Source: Chiloscyllium plagiosum
Taxonomy: Eukaryota
Assembly: GCF_004010195.1 (NCBI RefSeq)
Contig: NC_057751.1
Location: forward strand, 2,944,379-3,008,378
DNA: 64,000 nt
Direction: 5' to 3'
Each line of letters opens with the position of its first letter. Positions within the stretch are counted from its first letter, which is position 1. Positions 37,601 to 49,600 of this stretch are shown here, piece after piece. The translations under genes and the position numbers were made by a program. Below the pieces are notes generated by a model. The model was not told the DNA's origin. It did not search any database and worked only from the letters and a program-made list of their open reading frames with translations.

Positions 37601-40600
37601 CAGATTGTTCATTTCTACATAGGACAGCCCCCACCTCCCAACCAGGCCAGTTTTGTGTGTTTGCCATCTGTCACAGGTAAAACCTGGGGGCTAAGACCAG
37701 AGTCAAATATTGTGCAGCATCAGGAATGGGAGAGTGTGGTCCAGTGAGTGGCCACAGCTCTGGTCAGCCTGAAGTTCTGACTGCCAGTGGCTGCAGGTGT
37801 AATTGTCCCAGAGCTGATGTTGGGGTGAATCGCAGCTCTGTGCGTGGACATGAAACTGCACCCTGCCAGAGTCTGGGGTTACCATGTGGTTACTTCCTGT
37901 CTGTGTGACTTCTGAGTGCCAGGAAATGAACCTCTTTTTGTTTTGCACAGTCGGGTACTTGCATCCTGTAACAAGCCATGTGTGCTGCTGACCGAAACTG
38001 TGTTTGCTGTCTCACAGGGAAACCGCAATGAAGGAAATTCTGTGGATGAGCAACGAGCCAGGCAGGATGCACAGGTAACTGGTTAGTTGGGGAAAGCACC
38101 ATGGGCAAATTGGAGTGATTGGAATAGCTGTGTCCAGCCAATCAAGGGGCTGGAATAATGAGGGAAAAGCTTCCAGTTGAGACCCCAGCTCTACAGTTCA
38201 GGAGACTGGGTATTTGTTCTTGGTTTTTTTTTGTTAACACCTCTGCAGATACATTGCCATGACAACCAGTGACTTGTCTTCACTGATGCAATTATTTTTG
38301 GTTCTGATGTTGATCAGACCAGATCCACTTTGGCCATTGCTTCCAGGCGATCAACAACAAAGAACTTTTTAACTCCTGTCAGACTATTGCTGTTGTCAGC
38401 TTTCCCCACCCCTCTGTCTGCGGCCCCTTCTTTGTACGTCATGTGGTCAGGAGTTCACACTCGGTGATACACTGAAACAACACAAATTACATCGGAGTCT
38501 TTAATCTAGACTGATGCTTAACTAGCACAGGAGCAGGAATATTCTCCTCTGTTCCCACCAGGAAGTTGATGATTCTGATTGGAAGATGTTTGGTGTGAAG
38601 CTAGAGTGGTTCATGATCACCTAGCTTGGCTCCTGCTGTAGTGGCTGTTGTTTCTGTTCCTGTCTGTCCTCTGCCTATTATTGAACTCTCCTCCCTCCCA
38701 TGGCCTCTTGTCCTCTTGCAGTTTTCCATAGATTCTTCCTGCTTCCCAAGCTTTGTGGTGGAGGAACTGTTCATGTAGTTCACCCACTGCTGAGGGTCTC
38801 TTGCGCGCGCGCACACACCCCTCTGTGTATCATTTAGGTACGAGGTGAGATTGAACAGACCAACGGGCATGGTGTGGAAATGACCAGGCTGAATCTTGGA
38901 GGGACTGAGCAGATGGCCAGTTTGCTGCTGCTGCTGCTGGGAGCCTGTGGTCAGGTTTGATAGGTGACTGGGTCTGAAGCAGAGCTGGATAACTAGGTCA
39001 ACTGCATCCTCTCTCTCCATGTTTACAAAGCAACATAGTGGGAAGAGACACTTCGTCCCTTCAAGCCTGACTCCACTATGAACACAATCAGTGCTGATGT
39101 TAGCCTGCTCTCAACTCACCTTCCCGCATGTTCCCTCTAGCCCTTTATCCATCTGAAACAACATATCTGTTTCTATCTTGAATCTGTTGGTTGAGTTTTT
39201 TTTGTTGTTTGCTGCCACTGCAGTCTGGGGCAGTGATTGTGTTATGGACTAGGCCAGACCACTCAAACCATCGTTGAGCAGGCAGCCCACACCATAACTT
39301 TTGTCAGTTGTTTTGGTAAGTGTCCAGTCAAAATTAGCTGGAGGAAATTAGGTAGGTTGACTACCAGGTTTTAAAATAGACAGATTTATTCACAAAATTT
39401 ATGCAATGAAACACAGCAGAATAAAGCAGCCCAACAGAACTCAGTTTATCTAAATGAGACTTAATTGTGCTGTGCCAAATTTAGACAACAGTCCCAAGAA
39501 GCAAACCCCCTTAAAAACAATTTTAAAAAATAGAACACATCCTTCTAGTTTGAAGTTGAAAGGGCAGAAAGAGAGAGAGCCTGTTTTCACAGAGCTCACT
39601 GCTGAACTCCCAACCAGTTCTGGGCTGAACTGCCCAGCTCGAGAGTTGACCACTCCCTTTCCATTATACAGGTCACTTCTAAAACATGACCACTTTGGCC
39701 TGAAGTCTCATCTGTTTACAAAAAGGCCTCTGAGTACCCTTTAACCTCTCCACCAAACCAGTCTAATAGGAACCAGGAGCTGTTTACAATCCCTCTGAAA
39801 AACAACAAGGACACAGTGTCCTTGAGAAAAGGAACAGCTTTCAGAAAAAAGGAGCAGCTTTGTGACAATTTCCACAGATTCCCAACCCTCTGAGAAGCAG
39901 TTTCTCCTCATCTCAGTTTTGAACTTTATTCCTCTGACTTGAACAAGAGGTCATAAATAATCTCTCAAGGTGAACTCTGAACAGATGTTTCCCCTTATCA
40001 AACCCTCTTGCATTTTATATACTTCAATCAGATCCCCCCTCATTCTTCTGAACTCGAGTGAGTACAAACCCAAGCTGTTCAAATGCTCCTTGTATGACAT
40101 CCCTTTCATCCTTGGAATCAATCTGATTAACCTTTTCTGAACTGCCTTAGGAACCAGGAGCTGTTTACAACCCCTCTGGAAAAACAACAAGGGCAGCGTC
40201 CTTGAGAAAAGGAACAGCTTTCAGAAAAAAGGGAGCAGCTTTGTGACAATTTCCACAGATTCCCAACCCTCTGAGAGAAGCAGTTTCTCCTCATCTCAGT
40301 TTTGAACTTTATTTCTCTGACTTGAACAAGAGGTCATAGATAATCTCACAAGGGGAAACATCTGTTCAGAGTTCACCTTTATCAAACCCTCTTGCATTTT
40401 ATATACTTCAATCCGATTTCCCCCTCCTTCTTCTGAACTCGAGTGAGTACAAACCCAAGCTGTTCAAATGCTCCTTGTATGACATCCCTTTCATCCTTGG
40501 AATCAATCTGATTAACCTTTTCTGAACTGCCTCCAGTGTCACCACATCCTTCCTCAAGTAAGGAGACCAAAACTGTCCACACTCCCCCAGGTGTGGTCTA

Positions 40601-43600
40601 ACCAATATCTTATATAATTGGAACAACACTTTTTTTATAATCCAGTCCATGGGCAATAAATGCCAGGATTCCATTTACCTTTTCCTACTGTACACTTTTT
40701 TAATGATCAATCATGAGACAAGGGGGTCACTTGCCCATCCTGCATTAGCCAAAGGGCAATTAAGGGCCAGACCCAGAAAGGTGGCTGACTTCCTTGCCAA
40801 AAGGACTTTGGTGAATTCAGGTTGGTTTTTCTGATAATGGACAGTGGATTCATGGTCATGGTTTGACTGTGTTAATTCCAGATAGTGTAGCTGCATCCCC
40901 ACGTGTGATTGATGCACAAAGATGTCCTGATCCTCTGCACTCTCGCTTCCCTCTGCCTCTGTCCTGTTCCCAACAGCTGGATATTGTTCCGAGTTGAATC
41001 TTGTGCTGTGCTGTTTCTTTAACCTATGTTTCCAACCACCCCGCTCCCCCTCTGACATAATCCTCTTTGCAAGGTTTTGATCACAGCAGCTAAGACATTG
41101 GCAGGAGCACTCAGTCCCAAAAGGTCAAAGCACTGTCCATGGTGCGATCAGTCCTGTTTGCTGGCAACTCCACTAGACTCTGCTCCACTGGGAGGTGTTG
41201 TAATGGGATGCAGAGAGCTGTTGCCTTGAGGAATTGTGTACACTGACTGAGTTGGAGTTTAATGTTGTGAACTACAAATTTAATTTATCTACATTTTTGC
41301 TTTTGAAAAGCATGACTGTGGCTCTGATTTCAGCAATGTGGTTGTATTCTGCCTGATGGGAATGACTGCTCGGGGGGGCGTGTTAATTTAATGCAACCAC
41401 CCTGCCCCCAGCCTTGCACTACTTCCTGAAGCAGCAGCACAGAGCAATCAGTACATCTGGAACAGCACTGTGCACCGTGAACACCGATCATGTCAGTAGC
41501 TGACAATCTGGGTTCTGTAGGGTCTGAGTCGACAAGCTGCCTCCCTCCCTTGAGTCCACTGTTCTGTGTCCAATTATCTTGGTATTGGGTGGTTTAAAAC
41601 AGGACCTGAGTGGTGTGTGTGTGTGTGTGTGTGTGTGTCCTCCTTCCCCAGTCAGAATGAGCAGAAATGCTTCATTTTTTTTTCACTCACTCACTCCTGT
41701 CTGACAGTGGCTTCCCACACTTTAACTCGTCCAGTGGGCCCTTCTGAAATGCCAAATGAAATGCCTGTTTTGTTAAGAACAAAACAAAGCCTCCACGTTA
41801 TCGTGAGCACTTCCAAAGCCTGTTCACGAGTGTGTGCCTGACTGTGGGCCTCTTGCTGTCTTCAGAGACATTATTCAGCCATTGTTCTCCAGTGGGTGAC
41901 CTCTGACCAGGAAGGCTAATTCTCTGTACTGTCTCACTGCAATGTGTTTTGTGTTGCTTTTGATTGTAAACCAGGTGCTGTATGAAGCAGGAGAGAAGCA
42001 GTGGGGCACAGATGAAGTTGCTTTCCTGAGTGTTCTGTGTGTCCGGAACCCAGTCCATTTGCGGAGAGGTAAGCCTTTCACTAGCTGGAACGCAAACTTG
42101 CAGATAAGTTGAAGTGTTGTAATTTGAATAGTATTTCAGAGGGACATGGGCATATTGGGCCAGGTGGTGGATCAGGTTCATTGCCAATGTATCACCTCAC
42201 ATTCTTTCACAATGTAAAGATCCCGGAGAGACAGTATTACATCCAAGGTGCAGGATTGCAGGGACCTGGATAAAGATGTGCACATGTCATGGAAGGTGGA
42301 AGGACAAATGGAGAGAGCAGCTAACAAAGCCTACAGGACGTCCTGCATGAAGAGGTATTGGCCATGATATCAATTGGTGCCAATGACACAAGGATCATGT
42401 CCAAACAGAACATAAGGAGTTAGGAAATAAGCTGAAAATGAGGCCTATTAAAGTCGTGAGCTGAGGGTGCTGCAGCTACTGCTGCTGGACAGAGGTTAGG
42501 AGATGTCAGATGGTGTGGGCAGAGGGTTACAGGTTCCTGGGGTACTGGGAGTAGTGTAAAGTGGACAAGTCAGACTAGGGCAGCACTGTGACTGATATAC
42601 TACAGGGGAGGTGGTGGGGGGAGGTTTAGGGAATTGATTAGGGAGGGTTTAAACTAAACTGTCAAGGGGTTGGTGACCTGTGCAATGAGTTGGAGGAAGG
42701 GGAATGACTGACTAAAACAAAAAAACAGCAAAGGGTATAAGAGATGTGCTAGGCAGAGGGATAAAAGGCCAGCATCCAACAAAGCCACATTTCCTAAAGT
42801 GGAAATGGGGCAAGGTATGTATAGATAATTTGAAATAAATTGGATGAATTCATTCTGCAAAAAGATAGGAGATAGGGATTATGGAGATGTTTGCAAGGTG
42901 AGTCGGCATGGGAACCCAACATCCAGGCATTCTCAGTATTTCAGAAGGACGGACACAAAAAGGAAGAGACAGTGTGGTTGGATTACCAGTTAGAGGGGAT
43001 AGCAACACAACATTGTCAGATGGAAAACACTGGAACAGTGTCAAAACTGTGTGAGTAGCATTGAGGAAGTAAGAAACAGCCAAAAACCTGTGTGGGTGAC
43101 ATTGAGACCACCAGTCTGTAGTGAAGTGGGGAATGGCATTAAACAGCAAATCCAAGGTACCTGTGGTAAATTATTAACTTTTTATTGGATGAACCGAGTG
43201 AATCACGATGCTTGAGTGTACACAGGGATAGCTCACTGGGACTGATACAGTGAGGAACCAGCTAGAGAACAGGCTGTCACAGACTGGGGGGGTGATACTG
43301 TGAGAAAGGAGTAATTGGTAATGTAGCTGTAAGACATGCCTTGGGGAGGAATGACTCTAAGTTGATTAGAATTCTTCACTGAGATGGTGGGGGAGGGAGT
43401 TGATACAGAGACTGATTCTGAATCTCTAGGGAAATTAAAATGGTCTGAGGTTTGAGTCAGCAGTGACTGACTGGGAGATGTTCCTGAAAGGAATGACCAC
43501 ACATAGGTAGGCAATAGCAAACCTTCAAAGATGGAATGAGTCAAGCTGAAACTTGGTTCTCTGTGTGGCACAACAGTGTGGAGAGAGCGGTACTTAAACT

Positions 43601-46600
43601 ATGGCAGAGGAGGGATGGGAGACACCGTATTAGAGGCATACCAACTGGGAAAGCATGGACAACTGACAGGACAATGGACAACCGTTTAGATTTCAGCCAC
43701 GGAGGGATTCATTTAAGAAGGGGAAAACAATGCGAGGAAAAAGCCTGTGGGGAACATGTGAACTGATCGACAAGTTCCTGACGCGAAAAACCTCTGTGAA
43801 AGTTAGTGCAGATGTCTCACAGTCCGGGGATTTATCACGGAGAATAAATAAATGGCTGACTAAGTGAATTTGTGCAGGTACATGATTCGTTATCCAAATT
43901 TGGAAATGTTTCTCGTGGAGGGTCATTTTGGCGTAGGAACAGGTGAGCCAACTCCACACCGAGTCAAACCACTGCGATGTGACATGGCAGCACGGCCCAG
44001 CACTGACAGGCATTAATTCTGTGCTATTGACACGTGGGTCTGCTGTTGGTCACCTTTATTTTACTTTGTTGTGAAAATGTCATTTATTCCAAAATCCGAA
44101 AAACAACTGGCCCCAAGGATTTTGGATAAAAGATTGTGTACCTGTACTTCGCCTCCGCCTCCACAAAAGGAGGACATGAGTCACGTCCCAGAAATGACGG
44201 GGAACACAGGGTTTCCTGGGGGAGCGAGGAACTGGAGGCCATCGAGCAGCTGCTGAGAAACAGTCCTGGAGAAATTGATGGGATTGAGGGCTGACCAATC
44301 CCCATGACCTGATCATCCCACAATAGTTCAGGAAACGTTTGTACAAGTAATAGATGTCTTCGTGTTCACCTTCCGAAGATGATTTGGACTCTGGAATAGT
44401 GCAGACAGATTGGAGGGTAGCTAACATAACCCCGCTATTTGCAAAGAGAACACGTGATTGTTGACTAATGAGGCTGATGCTGGTGGTGAGGATAATGCTC
44501 CAGTCCATGGGGAAGGATTTTATAGCAGAGCATTTCGGAGACCGTTTCACAGTCAGCAGGTAAGTCATGCCTGACAAATCAATAGAAGGATTTTGTCGAG
44601 TAGAATTGATCCAGGGCAGCTAGGGGTGGATGTTGTTTATTTGGACTTTTTTTGTAAAGGTTTTGACCAAGTCCCAAGTAAGAGATGAATGGGTAAAATT
44701 TTAAATCCTGTGAGATTGGGAGTAGGGCATAGAGAAGTTACGATATTGGTTAGCAGACAGGAATAAATCAGTCTGTTTCTGAACCACAGGCGTCCCACAG
44801 GGATCAGTGCTCGGTCCATCCCAATTCAGTCTATGCTGACTATCTAGATGGGGGAAGTAAAGGGAAGCTCTCCAGATTTGCAGCTAATAGATTTGGAGGG
44901 TTGGTGTGGATGTATTTGGCTGAAGGGCTTGTTTCCACGCTGAAGGGATTCTTTACGCACTCCCTCACAGCTGGGTGAGAGGGTGAGCTGTGAGGAGGGT
45001 GCAGACATGATGCAGTGTCACTTGGTCAGGCCGAGTGCTTGTTAATGTGGATAAATGTGAGGTGGTTCACTTGGGTAGCAAAAATAGAGAGTCTGATGAT
45101 TATTTGGCTGTATACTGAGATGGGGGAATGTTTAGTGAGCCCGGGGTACTCCAGTCTCTGAAAGGGAGTGTGCAGGTACTGTGGGCAGTGAAGATGCCAA
45201 ACTGCACATGGGCCTTTGATAGTGAGAGGGTTCGATTTCCTGCAACAGGAATGTCTGGCTGCACTTGGCGATGCCACTCCTGAAATACTGTGTGGGGTTT
45301 TGGTCTCGGTCTCTGAGGAAGGATGTTCTGGTGATGGAGGGAGTGCCGCTGGTGGCGGGACTGACCGAGGAGGAGAGACCGAGTTAGTCAGAATTCTGCT
45401 AACTGGAGATGAGGAAAGATTGAGCAGAGGGTGATTTGCCTAGAAATGGTAAATTCTGACCGGACCAGTCTGGGTGAACACAGGAAGGATGTTCCGGTGT
45501 CTCTTCACCCAGAGAGTACTCAGCCTGTGGAATTCCCTACTGGAAAGGTGTTGGGGCCAGAACATTGTTATCAAAAAGGAGGCCGATCCAGCTCTTGGGA
45601 CTGCAGGGCTGCAGAGGTGTGGGATCAGGGGGGATGCAGATTGAGGGTACTGAGCTCTATGCTAGCCATGATAATGAATGGTGGTGCAGGTTTGAGGGGC
45701 CAAATGGCCGATTTCCTTTCCCGAGCTTGCATGCTCCTTTGTTTCCCACGTTAGACCCTCTCGCGTATGAAAGGAGACCAGGAGTATCTGAGTAAGGAGG
45801 TTGTGCTGGAGTTGCAGGGTACACCAGTTGGGCCTCCAACCCAGTTGATTGTGTTTCCACGCAGCTTGTCTCTTCCTGACAACACCAATGTGGTGCTGAC
45901 ATCCAACCAGAGAAGCCTTTTCCTGTTCTCTCTGTTGCTTTTGACCCTTGAATCTTTTCTGATAAGAGGCACTGACAGCAGAGTTTCGCTGGTGTTGATG
46001 AGAATGGGGGATGTGCTGACCCAGGGAATCCTTTGGGAAGTCCTGTCCTGCCAGTTGGGTTATTCTTTCACAGAAACCGGCCAAGGATCTGAAGGCTGTG
46101 ATGCTGCCACTGTGTCCCCGCTGACAGACGATCCCTTCCCTATCTATGGTGTCTGCTCCCCTTTTGTGCTCCTTTTTGGCTGTCCACTGGGTTACACCGA
46201 ATCATAGCCCTGCTTTCCCACTTAATGGATTGTTTTCAGCCCACCTTCCAAAGAGTGTCCCACCCCATCCTATCCCTGTAACCCTGACTTTGCTGTGGCC
46301 AATCCACCGAACCTGCACATCTTAGTATCTGCGCGAAGAAACCCACACATACACAGGGGCAGTGTGCTAACCCCACACAGACACAGTTTCCTGAGGCTGG
46401 AATTGAACCCAGGTCCCTGGTGTGATGAGGCAGCAGTGCTAATTGTAACAAAAATGTCTGGGAAATCTATTTGTCCAGTTTGGCATAGATACTGTTGGAT
46501 GTGCATTACAAATAAATCCAGTCATTAGATTAGATTAGTGTGGAAACAGGCCCTTCGGCCCAACAAGTCCACACCGACCCGCCAAAGCGAAACCCACCCA

Positions 46601-49600
46601 TACCCCTACATTTACCCCTTACCTAACACTACGGGCAATTTTAGCATGGCCAATTCACCTGACCCTGCACATCTTTTGGACTGTGGGAGGAAACCGGAGC
46701 ACCCGGAGGAAACCCACGCAGACACGGGGAGAACATGCAAACTCCACACAGTCAGTCACCTGAGGCGGGAATTGAACCCAGGTCTCCGGCGCTGTGAGGC
46801 AGCAGTGCTAACCACTGTGCCACCGTGCTGCCCATGGTGTTTAAGAGCAGTTAGATGTGTAAAAACAGACATTCCCACAGAAGCTGGGTGTGGAGCCTGC
46901 AGCCTCCAGGGGGTCATGTGTTCAGGGCAGCGATCAGTCATGTGATGGAATCTGTACCTTTCATCTGAAAGGTGCCTCAGTCCAGTCCTGGCTATGTTTG
47001 TGAATTCTGTGCATGAGTCTGTCTGGAGTGGGACATGAACCCACAACCTGCTGACTCTGAGGCCTGAGTGCTGTATACTGGGCCACCGCTGAGTTTTCTG
47101 TATCGAGTGGCAGTTGTTGACTCTGCTGTACTGTGTTCCCATGGCAGCGAAACACTGACTCACTCTCACTCCCGGTGTGAATCTCACATTGTGTCCTTGA
47201 AGGTCTGACCAAATCTGCTGCTTTATCGCAGCCTGTTGGTTAGAAATGGGACTGCATCTTCAAATGTGTTCAAGGAGAACACCACACAGAGCAGCTCTCA
47301 CTGGCTGGGAGGGGCACAAATCCCAAATCTGTGCCTGTTGGCAAAGGGAGCTGGGAGTGGCCAGTCACACACCAACCTCTTCTTTAACTGTCTGAATAGA
47401 AAAGGTTTTGCCAGTTTAAGAGTTTGTTCACATTGTTGCAAAGCTGTATCAGATGCCTTGAGGCAGTCACAGCTCAGCCTTCACATCATGAAGTGTAATT
47501 GAACAAAAATTGCATGTCCAGGTATTGCCTGCAGTCAGAAAGGGGTCTTTTCCACCATACCGTACCAAGGAAGGGATTCATGTTGTTGTGGGGTCCCAAT
47601 GGAACATTAGATTGAGTTTCCTGGGAATATTGACTCTCCATGCCACGTGCACACACGCCTTGGCTTCTCACTGAGCAGTTAGCAGCACCAGCAATGACTG
47701 ACTGACTGTTATAATTTTTGTGATGTTTGTTTGGAGTATCTGTGCCAACGGTGAAACTGTCGTCCTCGCCGGAGTTTCTTGCGGCTTTAGCTGTTGGTTC
47801 TGATTTGGACACGGTACAATGCCACAAGTGACAGTGAGCAGCCGACTCCACTGGCTGGTGCTGGTGAACGTTGGACTGGAAAGGAGATTGGAACTGAGGG
47901 GTAATGCTACGTCAGTAGGCTGTCACTTCATTGGCCTGAGGAGCTCAATGATGATCTGTGTCCCAACTCGCCCACTTATCATTTAAGATACAGACTTTAT
48001 TGTCACTTGTACTCCAGGACCAAAGTGTGGTGAAAAGTGCTACATGTGGCGACACTGCACAATCTTGAGTACAAGGACCAAGGGACAAAAACTGAACAAG
48101 AAGGCAGAAAAGAGAGAGAACCAAGTTTAAAACTTAAACTTTACAGTCACCTGACTATCGGGTTTTTAAGTAAATAAATCAAACTAGAATATCACACTTG
48201 GCAGTTTAAGTGATGGACCATGTGGGGCCTGCACATCCCATCTCCATTGCTTGAGTATCCTCTTCCCCTTCCTGAGTCCATCTCCCCTGCTCTCTCACCG
48301 GGAACCTGCATCACCGTGTTGGGCTGGCCCCTGGGATCTCAGACCGCCAAAGCCCTGATCCAGACACCTCCCTTAACTCCCCCCTGATCGTTGCTCATGG
48401 GCTCTACAGTTGCTGCAAATATCTGGCAAGCCACTTAGTGTTTGAGGGCAGGCATTTCACACACAAGCTTGGACAAGCTGAGCAATTTGATAGGGTTGAA
48501 CTCCCTCCCTGTCACTGTCAGCTTGGAATCTTCTCATTCATATCCTTAAATTCCCCAAGGAGCAACAATGCAGGAGGGAGACACGTGGCTTTGTTTCTTC
48601 CTGGGAATCCTGATCACTCCCTCAGGCTGTCTTTCGGACCTAGTGGGCTGGATTAATTTCTGAAGGAAGGTCCAGAGCTCTTGGCACGCATTCTGCAATG
48701 GGATGGTGGTGAGGGATGGCCTCTCTTTCCCGAGGGATACTGGGGTAAAGGGTGATCCCTCTCCCTGAGCCACTGTCTTATTCCACAATGCTGGATCACG
48801 ATGTAGAAGTGGATTTTAAAAATAGCAACAAGACTGAGACTGAGAGCTAAACAAAGTCAACAAAAATTCAGCACCGCTTGTTCCAACAGCCAATCTGTCG
48901 ATTGACAATAGAACTCCATGCAGACGGCTAAACTTGGAGGTGCTCGCAGCTCTCAATTTCTCTCAAGTTGGTGCTTACAGAGAGAAAGCAGGAATCTTGT
49001 GTGTAAATGTTACTGCTATTAATCAGTAATTATCACTCTAGATTGGTCATCCATTAGACCTGTATGTTGAATTATGATCTGTTACAATTTCTGATGTGTA
49101 CTGTACTGTCTTCACAAACCTTGTGTCACTTGCGTCATCCTATAATCTAGTCCTTGTTGGGAGCTCAGGATTTTGTGGAATGTCCTTATTTAGGCTCAGT
49201 TAATATTCCAGAATTTATGTGGAGCCAACTAATCAAGTTCTGACTAGGTTTACCAAGGTTAAAGAATTTATGTGGACTTGGCCTGTGTCATATCCTGCTG
49301 AGGTCAGTAATGCTTTAGTCTTTGCTTGTGTTTTATAATCGGGGGTTGGCCAGTTTTCCAATCGTGCAACTGTGTTTCCCACAATTCCACAGTGTGGACA
49401 GACACAGACCACTGTTAGTGCCTTTCACATGAACACTACCCCAGAGGGATGGTCCGAAAGGGGGTTTTTGTTCTTGTTTTTTTTTTCTGCACTTGCCATC
49501 CTGAATTGCACTGATATTCAGGACTCTATACCAGCCTAGCTCCTGGTGGGTAGAGGGGGTCCCCAGCACACCCAGCACACCATGATCAACAGTCCTGAAT

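Noticed and set aside
38795..38945. (GC)n/(CA)n alternating tract and (CTG)n run as an internal promoter or Z-DNA site
   Set aside because: Short low-complexity tracts with no supporting structure
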